From contig NMRA01000022.1 in NCBI GenBank assembly GCA_002633005.1, positions 679,715-743,714 of the forward strand: a DNA stretch of 64,000 nt, in the 5' to 3' direction. This document shows, piece after piece, positions 13,356-27,900 of this stretch. The notes beneath the pieces were generated by a model. The model had not been told where the DNA came from and did no database searches. It was given only the letters and a program-made list of their open reading frames with translations. Origin of the DNA: Phoronis australis (taxonomy: Eukaryota; Animalia; Phoronida). Both the position numbers and the translations under genes were made by a program. The first letter of the stretch is position 1. The number at the start of each line of letters is the position of its first letter.

Positions 13356-15375
13356 ATGGGATAAATATGTATGTGCTTTTGGTTATATTTAATCAAAAGG
13401 ATTGTGTTCTCTGACCAACTCTTCCTTATTTAAAGGCCTCATGTCTTCGAAAATCATTTTCTTCGTTGCAAAAGTAACAAATTTCTTCATTTTCTTGACT
13501 TGAGTTTTCAGTGAATCAAATTGATAAGTCAAGTACAAAGACGTTTCTAGGCAGTCAAAATTTGGTCGGATCTTAGAAGTTTGCACACCTGTAACACTAG
13601 CTCTCTCTTCGTGGCTGTCTCAGATTGGGAGTAACTTCCGCACGTAGACCGTCAGGGTTAAAGGTTTACAAATGTAGGGTAGATGGCGCTATGCAAAACG
13701 ACAAAGTATCTGATGTGATAATGAGATCACACAAATGTGCGTACTTAGGGAGTTTTTCGAAAATTTCGTCGTTACCGCGTCTATGATGAACCTGTCCGAT
13801 TTCTGAGCACCTACCCAGACGAAGATTATTTTCCACTATCTTGCTATTTCATATCGCGTCATGTCATTGGTTTTCCACGTACGGTGATGCTAATATTAAG
13901 TTTCTGTCTAAACACTATAAAAATGAAAGCCCGCACAGAAGTTTAAATTTTACGTTATTCAGAGGATTTCATCTACGGCGCTGCTGTCGTTTTTCAAATG
14001 CATTGTGGGACGGTTATCGACTGGCTAAACATCCGCTGACATCACACATAACCTGTGGACGTGTAAACGGATAATTTGCTTTTCAAGTAGCGAGATTTGA
14101 TTTCAGATCGGATGACACGTATCGAGAAAGTTCCTCGCAAAAAGGCTTGCTGATCAGTGTAATTATTCGATGCACTTTGAGGCTTCTATTCTACACGTTA
14201 TTATGCTACAGTGGTTGCTTTTACTCGCACCACTGAAAAGCGTGTTCAGTGCACCCATACTGGTGCCCAAAAGTGACCAGTGTTGTTCTTCCCATTTCCC
14301 GTCCTTACTTCGCATGTTTGAGCCCGTCCTTTCCATTGGCAGTCCAACCAATACTCAGGGTTGGTTTACCGACTACGGCAGTGCATTTTATCTAAGCCCA
14401 TCAAAGGTTGTTCTAGTCTGTAAAACAACCCTAAGAGCTTAATATTGGCTAAGGTTTCTCAGGCTTTTATGTTTATTTGCAATGTTGCAAAACTACAAGA
14501 CACTGTTGGCCAACTAATTGCTTGATATACACTAGATGCATCGCGTAATGGAATTTGAAGAGTGGAAGTTCTACAGACTATTGGAGTGTTTTAACATAAT
14601 GTTGGAGGTGTGCATAAATTTATTTCTAAATTCATCCTAGTATAAACCATGAAAGTTCACACACAAAAATCATTCTGTATAAATATATAATACAGATCAG
14701 GAAAAAACAACTGATTTCACACATGCAATGCAGCGTGTTCCTTAAAGAAACAAAATTTGTGATTATTTTCCTCTATTTTTCTTAAAATATCTCGTCCCTA
14801 CTGAGTCAACAGTAATTTTCTATCCGTCTATCTGGACTTGCAGAAACAAATGAAGCAAATACGAATGACAACACCTACAAAGACGTCGCTGCAAACGAAC
14901 GTCGTGTCACGGAAGAAACCGATTAGTATTTCGTGTGTGTCGTCATTTGCACGAGTCGTCATTACATTGCTTTGCTGGTGATGTAGTTCATTTCTACTTC
15001 TTCCACTGCCTGCTTGCGACGGATACGAAAACAGAACGGCCCTGAGGCATGCAGCCGGACTGGGCACTGTCCGGCGAATGTATGCAACCTGGCTTCGGCC
15101 ATGATCACGTGAGGCCTTGTGCTACGGACTGGAATGGTTGTAACACTTTGACTCAATAGACTCAAGATTTGACCAAGGACGAATTTTTGTTTGAAAGTGA
15201 AATTTTCTTTTGTAGCATATCTAACAAATCAAACGACTTTGCTGCCAGCGAATCAGAATAAAGAGAGATTTCGACAAAACCATTCCTTAAAACTTCAACA
15301 AACTTCAGACTTGAAGTGAAATAGGAATTAGTCTCAAACACTAGACGCATGTAGAGATAGTAAGAGTCTTTGGCA

Positions 15376-16925
15376 TTACATCTGGTCTTCGTCACCGCGT
15401 TTGATAATTCGCACGAATTTCTCGTAGTTGAATTTTCCCGCGGAGATGGGAGCTTCTTTCCATGTCTGTTTAATCTGAAAAAATAAAATGCATTTTAAGT
15501 GAATGAAATTCGAAATGCTACACATGACTGGCACCACGTAGAAAGCCTGTAGAAGGGCAATCTCCATTTAATTAGGTCACACAATCCGGCCTTTTAAGTA
15601 CAATTTATCAAAAAGAAAAGTGCATTGGTAGTAAAACAACGCTTTCAAGAACATGATAAACGTTATTCGATTGAAATCTTCAAGGTGAGATCCCAAAACG
15701 CTGCAACGGTGTTCTAAAATATCATTTCGCTTTGATTTTGTGCAACCATAGACGCTACTGCAACTTGAGATTTTTTCACAAAAATCACATATTAGCCCTC
15801 ACAACCTGAATTTTTGATATTGTATGACTTTTCCCGCGAACAATCAGTAGTTTTCTTTAGCTAAGCTTTAAAACACTTTCGCAAACTTTACCTCTTCTTT
15901 TGTGAAGTTATTTTTTATTCTCCCAGTTCAACCTAAGCAAGGACAAAGGTCTGGGCTTCCCTTGCCTTACCTTACAATTTAATGAAATTAAAGTTTACTA
16001 AGTTAAATGTATACTTGAACCGGATTTTAGAAATTATACATGTAAAGAAAAAAAACATACAAGACAGTGTAGTAGTATATGGCTCTGAAAAGGGGAGATA
16101 GTATTTTGGAATGATAAAATATCCTTACATTGCTATTAAATAATGCACTTGTGACCATCTGTTTGTAAATTTTTCTTTTTGTAAATTTTTTGAATAAATA
16201 TATTTTTCACATGAGTAATAACTGTTAATTTCAAGTTGAAGTGGAGCGTTCACACACACAAAATAACTCGCACGAGGCGGAAGTTGTTGCTCCGTACCTG
16301 GAAATGAACAGCTGATGCGAATACGGCGCGCAAAAGAAAACCCGTTTTTATGTAACCGCAGGTAATATGTTCTCACAAGTGAGGCATATCGCATTAGTTT
16401 TAATGGCGTCCAGACATCCCTCAAACCTAGAGACAACTCGTTCCAGGAGTAACATGTTCTAAGGTAAGTCTCTGTGTGGATGGCACTAAATACATTGTCT
16501 GCTGGAGTATCGTTACATCACATTATGTGATTACATTCACATTATCTCCTCACAAAAAACCCGAAGTTACAAATCTATAAGGAATCTACCCCATAAGAAA
16601 ACTCAATTTGCTTTCCGCTTTCGCTGGCACCTTAAAAGTTTCAAAAGTATTTAACTACCTTATGATTATGATTAACGCAAAACTCGTTCTAAAATTTCGT
16701 TTGCACCAAACCAACATCTAAACAGAACTCGAGTGAAATAATGTTTGGCCGAATACGAACATCACTACTGAACTCACCATCACAAACACTAAACAACAAA
16801 ATGACTGACTGACTAAATGACTGTCAGTGTTGCAAGCCTAAACCAATGGATTAATGACGTAATTATAAAAAAACAGGAAACTACTTACTTCTCCACATCC
16901 AGGAATCCGCTGCCAGCTGGGTCAA
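15376..16925 (-). pseudogene. Orphan duplicate of the MRLC 3' end (truncated 5b at 16889-16925, broken 6b at 15892-15909, intact 7b at 15376-15474)
   Basis: Paralogous to 35217-36971. Exon 5b is cut by the duplication junction, exon 6b has lost its 5' part and acceptor, and exon 7b encodes an identical peptide. Confidence 0.88.
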
Positions 16926-18159
16926 GCAAAGGTGCAGTAATTCTCAAATTACTTTGCACAAAAATAATTGCCAAATTTGTCAATTTCTTACTAGGCTGAT
17001 TACCAGTGATGTAAACAACCAAATGTTGTTTTATGATATCTGCACAGAACAAAGCAGCTAAACACTGTTGTTTTGGGACATCTACAAAGTACAAACAATC
17101 TAATGATAGACTGGCATTTTCTTAATCTTTTTATTTGTGGAGAAATTTGGCAGAGTAGAATTTAACTTGTCCACCATATTGTGACCTAAATAGATGAGGA
17201 ATTACTGTAGACTACTACCTTAGTAAGAATTTTGGACTATCAATTAGTCGAGTGGTTTGAAACTTGAAAAGACGTTTAGGTTAATAGTCTTAGCACTGTT
17301 GTATCCTTGTCAGAATTCTCCTCTCTTGAGTTATTTATACAATGCAGAGTTCGTTGCCTGTTTTGATTTGTTTTAATGTAAGTTGATATCGCTTAATGGT
17401 ATACATAAAGCCGCATTGAGCGCTATTTAGCCAGCTAAAAACGAAAACTGTATTTGTCCCTTCACTTTTACAAAATCTATTGTCCCTAACCACTTCCGTT
17501 ACCACCAAGAACATAGACACCATCAGGGACTGAAAAAAACGTTTCAAAGTTAATTGGGGTTGGAGAGCCCCAAAATTGTAAATTTTAAAATGGTGCACGT
17601 TTGCGTTGGTAAGCTTTGGAATCTTGTCATGGTAAGGAATGGCACCAGTCCAGTTTTATGAGGGTAAAAGGCCTTATTTTTATGTTTAGCCAGAGAGCAA
17701 AATGCAGTTTTAAAATATCCGCGAGGCAAAATCATTGGATGTTGGTTTAATCCAAATGTAAGTTTTTATCATTTAGTACAATCTATTTTGTTTTTATAAT
17801 GCAGAGATTAAATCTTTGTGCTTTACATTGATGCTGTTTAGTTTTAGACCATTGCAAGTTATTGTTATACGACTAAAATCGGATGTACGTACCTATAACG
17901 CTTTCTGTTGTATGGTTGTTGAAATCTTTATGGTTACAAATTTAACTTTTAATATATGGTTATGCGTTGATTTTAATCAAGTTTAATTAAACGTTCTCTT
18001 ACAATTCCACTACGCAAACTATTTTAAAGAAATGATTTGTTTCATAGTAGTGTGTATAGCTGTTATGTACCGATAGGTCTTAAATATTTTTATGAACAAA
18101 AGCACTTCATTTCTGTTCACATGTTTGGGGAGATTTGATTATGCAAGTTTTTATCCAGG

Positions 18160-18230
18160 GCCTTCTTGGAAAGCAGTGCTATCACTGATGAGGCCACCCT
18201 CATTTTAAATATCACAATAATAATAATCCA
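18160..18230 (+). mobile_element. Short truncated retro-insertion with an (AAT)n tail
   Basis: Flanked by an atccagg duplication, absent from the paralog at about 2100, and homologous to about 62090-62155. Confidence 0.55.
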
Positions 18231-19914
18231 GGTTCCAGTTTGCTGTGATAAATTTGAATATTTTTCCAGAAACTAAATCATATCCAAACGCAGATTTAAA
18301 AGGACACTGAACCCAGATACTAAAAACTTTCCCATCCAGTTCTTTTCTCAACAACCCTCAAAATTTGGATAAAAGATTCAAAACTCCTTTCGAAGTGTGC
18401 TAAACTGGCAAGCGTGACCTATGCATTAAGCGAATTACACGGCAACTGTGGGAAACTACCACCCACCAAGGAACGCAATATGCCGATTTTGTTATAAGCA
18501 CGTAAATACACGGCATAATGCGTCCACATATAAATATGTAGGCGCATAAAAAACAGGGCCACTAGGTTCAGGCCTGACAATCGTGCATCCGCGCCGAATT
18601 CCTGTAGACTTTGTGGACTTTTGTCTCGTTTACTCGGTACTTTTTGTTCCACCGAGGCGAACCTTTTTGCCCAATTCGCCAAATTGGGGGCTCGTTCGAG
18701 CCCCAAACCCACCTGGGTGCGTCCATGAAATTAATTTGTCGACATCTTCGTTCACAGTCTCTTGAAGCTTGAAGTTGGAACGTACACATGCAGAATCTTT
18801 TCTACAGCAGAAATCCCAATATCAGTGAACCTTTACCTAATATAGGGTTCAATATTCTTTCGGAACAAGCTCAACCCACAAACTCGATATATTAATGTAA
18901 ATAAACTCTTGAATATTATTAACAATTACAATTACAATTACAGCAAAATTGTGCCCGACTTACCGACGACAATGCACTCGACTGCCAGACAAAGTTCAGA
19001 AACACTTTTCTAGCCTTGCGACTATCATTGCTTACATTGGTAGTTAGGATTCTTTGCTGACTATCGTAAAACCTCTGATCATATACGAGACCCTAAATAG
19101 CAAGCAGTTTATGTAGTATGCACCACCGCCGTAAGTCACCATTTCTCATCACAATCGACAACCGTTGGAGCCACGAAATCACTTCACAAAAAACTTTATC
19201 GATGTATCAAAGGTGATCCCTTCATCAGTGTAGTCATGGGACCTAACATAGTGAGCACAGCTGGGAAGATGGGCTCCTTGAAGCTACTCGCTGGTCGTCT
19301 GTGTCTGGTTAAGTTTTCTTTACAAGCTGCACTGCACCTATACGATGTATTAGTATCCCTTAGTGCTCCGGAATTAGTGTCACAGAATCGGAGGAATACG
19401 TGGACGGATAATCAAGCATCGTTAGGTGAATAAGATCACCAACAGTTGAAAAAAATATTAACATGTAATTTGCTCTACTGAACTGCAAATTTTATCAAAG
19501 TGAACGTGATTCTTTGAGTAACCTTAGACCTAAATTTTCTCGGGTATTCAAATTTCACCCAAATACGATCTTGAGATTAAGCATAATTTTAAGCTCAAGC
19601 ATACGACAGGATTCGACAACATTGTTCCTCAGCGATTGCACAAAAAAACTAAAAATTAAGCTAAAAAGCTGGAATAAATTCAGCTTACTTTGAAAAAAAT
19701 CGAAGTCATGTTCAAAGAGCATTGTTTGGGCTAAGGTTTCGAGTAAAATGGTTTGCGTAAAGATCCGTTTCATGAAGTTTTTAACAAAATGAAGCGGAGA
19801 GTGTCTTTAATGTCGGACTAGACACGTCGCGTAAATTACAAGGATATCATATCATAAAACATTCACAATTTGAGCATCGGGAGAATTTTACAAAAAGAGA
19901 CGCATATGTGACGC

Positions 19915-21883
19915 TCAAGAGGCCGATTGGTTAATTGGCATACATGTGACCCTGAAGGGTTTAGGTGAGTTGACGATGCCTCCACTACCGTCCAGGGATG
20001 GTCTGACGTCACCAGCGGGCAATGTGAACTTAAATTGTTGTAGCAGAGAGGTGAAGAACAAAAACAACTCCATCTTTGCCAAGGACTGTCCCAAACACTT
20101 CCGTTTGCCTGAAAAACGTGTTTTAATGAGCTCCGAAATACATACTTTAAACGTAAAATGAGCGTAGATGCTCGGAGGTATTTTCATTGTATAGCTATTC
20201 AAAAGCTTTCATTTGAAACTGTCGTGTTCATTTTACATGAAAACTCGTGAAAACATACTACACTAATTTTGCCATAGCAATACATTACATTTTCGACAAC
20301 GATGCAGATGGAACCTTCCAACAAGACTGCATTATACACGTTAATATCTGGATTTCGCTAATAAAGATCAAACATAGAATAAATAAAAAACTCGGAAAAC
20401 AAATCTTCATCGCCTTGGTTTTCACTATCCAAACATCATGTCTTCGCTGTCTTACTCTGGCCGAAAACTAGTATTAGCAAACTTCGGGTAATTAGTCTAG
20501 CTGGTCTTACCTATTCCAAACGGTGAAACCTGGTCAGCTAGCGAATTATCGAATTGTCCATTTGTCGTCAAAAATCTCTCAGGTCGGAAGACTTCTGGTG
20601 CATAGAATACATCTTCGTTCATGTGAATGGAAGCTAAGTTGGGAATTATGATGGTGTCGGATGGTATTGAATAACCTCTGAAGGTGATGTCTCGCGAGGT
20701 TTTGTGAGGAACTGACATGTATACGATGTTTCCTAAAAATACATTACAAACTGTGTCGATCAGAAACTGTTGAATGCCCCAAAACTGTTTACGAATCGTA
20801 TAACTTCATTTGTAGTTATGAATTTTAAACTACAAACTAAAACGAAGATATATGCTTTAGGCGTGATACACTGCCCTCAAGTTCTTTTACAGAGTCCTCA
20901 CTATAAACAAACAGCACTTGATTCATTCTGTTTGGCACGAGTGTGATGTTCTCTGCGTGACGTCGCGCCACCATAGAGGAGGGAGAATTTTCGAGGCATT
21001 TGGTTGAAGTATTTCAATATTCTTGAATTTCGTAGAAGCATTTTGGATTTGTATAGGTATTTGAGATTCGTAAAGCGGTGATTAACATATCAATTTGATT
21101 TAGAACGTTTTCTTTTATAAACCTGCGTTCCATAGAACTCTTGTGAGAACTTATTTTTTGATTAAAAATTGACGGACCCGATTTTGGCAAATAATACAAG
21201 ATAAAGCTAAACTTAGATAGAAATTTTCGTATTTTATACATCGAAATGAACCATGATCTTTGATCTGAGTACAACAATCCCCAAAGCTGTGTGTGCTTGC
21301 ATTGCCAAACAATAATTGCGGATTATTTATAATAGGGTTCTGAAAAATTCGATTTATTATTTATTGTTAAAGAATGCAAGCACTCCGGCTTTGGAGATAT
21401 TTTTGTACCAGGATAAAAAGATTACAATTCGTTTTGATGAAAATGTACAAAAATCGATTTTCATATTAGACCGATATTAGTTTTAGCCATCCTATCTAAC
21501 CAAGCGAAAGTTAGTTCAAGTTGACTGATGTCCCTGGATTTCCAGAGACAAAATGCAACATTTACATGAGTAATTCAATTCGAAGAAAACGACCACAACA
21601 CTCTTTCCCAAAAATTACTAACCGACTCTTTGAACTTCAGTTAGGACAGCTTGCGTGTAAGGCATATCTGTTTTGTCTTTAAAACTGGGATTCCTTTCAG
21701 CCCCAACTACATCGAGGATTTCTGCGCGTACTTTATCTTGCACATCCGGGAATGTAATCATGAAGAGCAGAGCCCATTGTAGTGTGGTTGTGGTTGTCTC
21801 GGTACCAGCAATGAAGAAGTCAAACGTCAACTTCGCTATGTGATCATCTGAAATAGTTTCATATAACAAGGGCCGTACAAAGC

Positions 21884-21949
<66 letters not shown>

Positions 21950-24900
21950 CAGTACCATCAGCACTATTGTCATTATTTTAATAAGGGTTCCGGGGGGGGA
22001 GGGTCGGCACATAAAAAATTTACCTGCCTCAGAGTCTGTCGCCTCCACTTTCGCCAGACCCGCTCCCCCCGATCATAATTCCCCGGTAGTCTCCTCTTTT
22101 GCACCCCTTTGTCAGCAGTCGAAACCACGTGCCTCAGTCCACGCTTCCTGCTGTCCTTATGGTCTGTAACCCGGCAAGAACGCGTATCCCAGCAAAAGTT
22201 ACATTCCTTCTTACAGAAAAACATTAATTTGTAGCTATCTGAATTATACGGTTTAGTTTAAACTGTAGAACGAGATCTCACTTTTCTAAATTAGCTTCGA
22301 TTCAAGCTCATATTCTATTTGGTCCCACAGAGCACTGTCATATATTAAGAACTCGGTTGATGACAATACCTTGCAAAATCCGAAAAACGCAAGTGGCACG
22401 CGCGTTCTGACTATACAATACTTTGGTGGCTGACAAACAACGTCTGAGTCTAGGATAAACATCCGACCTCTGACTCGATTCACAGGCTCAGACTCAAAAT
22501 GTAACCGATCACAATGGAAGGCCAAGTCACCCATATGTACTTCCAGCCCGCGCACAGCTCAGGCTTGCCGCGCACAAAATTCTTTTGACGCGCACGCTTT
22601 TCCCTTCTCGCGGACGCACATTCCCACCTCACGGACCACTTTTCTGGTCTCGCGGACGTACTTCTTTGATCGCCGACGAACCAGGGCTGCTCCCGTAAAT
22701 AATCCTTGTCCACGGTGATACTTCCCCTCTGAGCTCACAGATCAACTCGTCGATCGAACTGCTGGGATATTTTCGGGTAAACCTCTTACGGTTGCTGTTT
22801 CATTTTCCACTAAATGATTTGACTTGAGCCACCCTAGACTTCAATGGCCAGTTGCATGAAACAGTCCCAAATAGAGACTCCATTAAGTTTCCTAAATCAA
22901 TAAAGTTGTCGTCAACTTGTGAAAACACCGTTTGTTCTTATTTGTTCCGTTTTAGTTTCATTACCAAGTTTTTTTGGCTTGATAAAAATCAAGAGTGAAC
23001 TCAACGCTGAATTCTTAATATTATCGAAAATAAATAGGGATCTTTTCATGCAAGGTCCTTAGTTTAAGGATTAAGTCCCCACTTATTTTCATTAAACTCA
23101 GGGCTCATTTTTTCCAATTATTAGAAAATGTCAATAGTCAAAGAGGGGCTCATAAAGAAGGTATTACATGATAGAAAGAAAGATTACAATCGTGAGTTAT
23201 GAAAGTCACAAATAAGCAAAAGACTTGACCTACTTAGTTGAGTCTCTATTTGGGACTGTTTCATGCAACCGGGCACAGGAGGTTACCCAGATCATCAAGA
23301 ATAGAAAGCAAGGTCGTCATCTGCAACAGAGTCTGACGTTGTGCAGTGCAAGGTTTAGTATAGGATTAGCCAAGGGCTTGTGATGCAAGTAGGAGAAAAT
23401 ACAAATTATGTAATTTTAAAATACACTATTATTATAATAATAATGATAATAATAATGATGATGATAATAATAATAATTATAATTATCATTCTCATTCTCA
23501 TTATCATTATCATTCTCATTATCATTATTATTATTATTATCATTAATGTTTAGCGCACAGAAAAATACAGGAATCATTTACTGTGAAGGCCCACAAATAA
23601 ATTAATAAAGAACATTATGAATTTTAAGTAGCAACTAAACTGAATCTGTGACATGAAATAACAAATGATGTCTCAGAATGGTAAGACACAAAGCAGATAT
23701 TGCACTTTACACAGATTCTATCTACACACATATTAACTTACCTTCAAAAATGACATCAGTGACTTTTCCAGTGTCAACAACTCCGTGCTTTCCCAACAGA
23801 TAGGCGTTCATGAGGTCGCTGGTTGAAGTCTTCTCTTTATCAAAACTCAACTTGTGTTCATCAAAGTGTCCAAGAATAACGCTTTTTATCTCGTTAAAAA
23901 TGCGTTGCCTCTTGTCCGAATATCTTTTAACCATGGGACAGAATTTGAATCTGAGTGGAAGAAATCGCATCACCAAAGGAATAGACACCACATAATCAAT
24001 CATTTTTAATAGTCTTCGGAACTCCTTGCTCTCGTAATCGTACCCTTTCCCGAACACTAAGCGACATATCACATTGGACACTGCATTGCCAAGCAACGGA
24101 CGAATATCGATGGTGTCATTGTGTCCACGCAGAGCGAGCAAAAGCGTGTTTACTTCGTGGATAATACTGGATTCCACCCCTTGCTTACCAAGGCCAAGGT
24201 CTCGAAGATGACTCAAGGAAAATCGACGATTATCTCTCCAGATGTCGCCTTCAGCTGCCAGGACACCTGGTAATTAAAAAAATATAATAATAAAAAGTAG
24301 ACCCCGTAACCAAATCAATGTTAATTTAGTGCGTTTTTGCAACAACAGCGCAATGTTATTGTCACGGGGGCCAAGTTCACAGTAGACCGACATCCACGCT
24401 TCGAATGCAGTGCTGTAGTGGGGCGTAGGCGCACGTAGGCGCAGCCAACCACCTTTGGGCATTTGAACGTAGCGCCTACGCACCACAAGTTACGTTCAGT
24501 GCTCAAGGTGATGCAGTGGGCTTTGGGCGCCTACTTACCTCTAATTTTACCACTACAGCACTGTTCAAATGGGAAGGAAAAATTAAGTCATGCACTCAAA
24601 CCAGCCCCCTGTTTAACAAAGCGGGCAAAAAGGTCCGCCTCAGAGAAACAAAAACTCCGAAAAAAGTAGAAAACAAGACAAAAGTCCACTAAAAAGGCAG
24701 GAACTAACAAAATTCGGCGAATGCACAGTTCATAGCTCTGAACGAACCCCATGATTCTTAGTAAAAGGTCTACATTCTCAAAAATTCGATCCTCCATTTT
24801 TAGGATGAGTGTGCCCCTCGGGTGATAATTCTCCAAAATCCACGAGGGTTCTAGATGAGGGGGATAACGACTGAGAACATGTAATAATCTATTTATACCA

Positions 24901-27900
24901 CATACTAAACGAGAAACATTGCAATGAATCGATCTATCTTTCTCGACTCGCCTCGGCTTTGTAACTACTTCCTATGTCAGAGGCCCGGGGTTGAAGGTCG
25001 TGACCTTTTAAGAAAAGCCGAGCTATTTTTGTCAAATAATGCGTTTACTCAAAACCAATTGAAAAATTAAACAAAATACAAATAAAGTGAATCTATAAAT
25101 TAAGGTTTAGCAACTACTATAGCTTACTACACATTTTATCACGCTAAGCTTCGACCGGGAAAATATCGTCTGCTAAAGTAGGTTACCACTAGTAACTGAG
25201 TATAATGCTCAAGTCAAAGGATACCGACGACAGCATACCCGCATTCAAATTGGAAATCGGTGATTTACAAGTGAGAGAACACGAGAGAAAAATTTCTCTG
25301 AACTAAAATATTGTTTTTATGGTAATTATGAGTCTTATTTTTCATAGCGTATAAATGTCGGTACAATGCCCTTTGCTAAACATGCGATTGTTGCGCGTGC
25401 TCATTTAAACAGTACACACCATGGATTTTTGCACATTTTGAATTACCGGTGGCCACAGACTAAATGTATGACGTAAAATTTAGCTAAACCCATGTTTATT
25501 TTGTGTAATTAGCTCGAAATTTTGATTTTTCTTTCAATTTTGCCAATTTTCACATTTGCCGCCATGTGACGTCATGGGTTGACCACAAGAGATCAGTGAA
25601 TAGCATTGAACAATGGCAGAGAGCAGGGAATTTGAAAGCGACTACGATTATGAGCAAGAACTGAACAAATACTATGAAGAAACGTACGGGAATGGTGGCC
25701 AGGATGAGGAAATGGGGTTGCACGAAAGCGAGAACAAGTTTAATGTGCTTCCGGCTGCGTACTTTTCTACTTTGAGCCTTACGAAGTGGATCCTCCCGCG
25801 AGAGAAGCGGCCACGGGCTCAGCGAGTCAACCCAGTCATCACAGACGATCCTGAATTAAGAGCTAGATGTTTCTGAATGATAAATATTGTCCTTTATTGA
25901 ACCAGGCCTTCATCGTAACGTCTCCTGTGACTGGAGTCGAAACACGAATTCTCAAAGTGGGCAGAACACAGAGTGGCCCCGGACTGAATCGCTTGGTCCA
26001 CGATGACGTCCCACACTCTCGTTCGGCGCACGAAGCGATGCCACTTCTGCGCAACTTTGGTGTCCTTCGGAACACCGAGACGTTCTCCGCCTGGCTGCTG
26101 AGAACCTTCTCGACGCTAAATGTCCTTTGCTTTCACTTCACTCTATACACTTTGTATCTGATCCGAACAGTATGGCGAACGACTTGGGTTCAACCCATGA
26201 CGTTGTACATAATTATTATTTTTTCAATTTTTGCGTGTTTCTTTATGAGCTGTGCACTGAAATCAAGTAAGATATAATAATAAAATCTATTTTGAGGTAC
26301 TAGAGTCATGTTGTGTACACTTTAAGTAGGAAAAGGTAAATCGATTCATTGCAATGTTTCTCTTTTAGTATGTGGTATAAATAGATTATTACATGTTCTC
26401 AGTCGTTATCCCCCTTATCTAGAGCCCGAGTGGATTTTGGAGAATTATCACCCTCGGGGCTAACGCCCCTCGGGCGATAATTCTCCAAAATCCACTCGGG
26501 CTCTGGATAACGAGGGATAACGACTTCGCCATGTAATGATCTATATGTAAATAAAACAACAAAAATGGATCACTGAAATTTTCGGATATAACAACATCCT
26601 TCGTCAACAGAAACACTATATGGCAATTTACATCTGATATATGGCGTAATGAGCATGATATATTGTTGCGAAAAAAGTAAAGGATATAATTTAAGAAGTC
26701 TTTGTGTTCAATCCATTAGGTTCAAGTGTGTTGAGCTTATTTATCCAAAGTTGTTCTCCTTCGAGTCTGTGAGGGGTACTGGGGTATTGAAGTTTCTCTA
26801 TTATTTGTACAGAAAGACCTTGTAGATTATGATTTTGGAATTGAAATGATTACCTAAAGTATTAGAAATGTTTTTATGTATTATGTTAAGTCTATGATTG
26901 CGAAACCGTTTCGCAAGTTATGTTGACTAAATTGTATCCAGAGTCATGGTATATATGCATATTTCATTCGATCTAATTTGCTGTATTTTGAAATGAGTAA
27001 CTTTTTATAGGGATGTACAATCGCCCCTGTATGCCGTCGGCATTCAGGGCGATGTAATTGCCTAGTCTACACAAGCTCGACACGATCTGAACATAGAACA
27101 AGCGCTGACTTTTAAGACCAACGAGTCGGGCTGTGAGCTTGGCTGGCTTTTCCTTGATTTGCAACTAAGGGAGTCGATTCGGCAAGTTTGAAAGCCAAAA
27201 ACAGAAAAAAAAAACAAAACAACGCGACCAAATCAAATCAAAGACCTAAATGTCGTTCCCGGCAAAGTGTTATCGCCTCGTCTGCTCTTCAGTGAATGGC
27301 AGATTCAAGGCTTTTTGGAGAGAGTGCGAGGAACCAACGAATACGCACTTTTTCAGTAAATACAGTTTGAGAAAAGCAAACTGTATATTGTAAACGAGTA
27401 TACAGCACAAAGCAAATAATAAAAATGTGAAATTATGTCCATTCACGTTAATGTACTCTGTCCCTAAGTTTAGTAGAACATGGCCATTGGTAGCCGCTCG
27501 TGGAACTATTTCCGTGACAACGATAGCACGCTCACAATTCGCTGTTTCAGATCATGCTCTTACACCGCTTTCTGTTTTTAACCACCTGACTTGAGCCAGA
27601 GCAGATTCGCGAGTAGGTAAATCCTATGGGAAAGTCATTCAGCGACGTAACATGATTATGAAATGTGTAACAAGCGCAGGGATACATCTATTGCCACAGG
27701 TCGTGGGTCGAGGGGGTTGTGGGTCGAGTCGTGGGGGTTGTGGGTCGAGGGGGTCNNNNNNGGGGGTTTTAGAACAATCCCTTTAAAACCACTGGCCCTG
27801 GCTTCAAAGCCAGCTGACTGGACTGCAAAATCCAATGGCCGGTGTTCCAACTTGGTGGTCGGACCTCAAAACGCGATGCCCGGTACCTCAAAACCAGATG

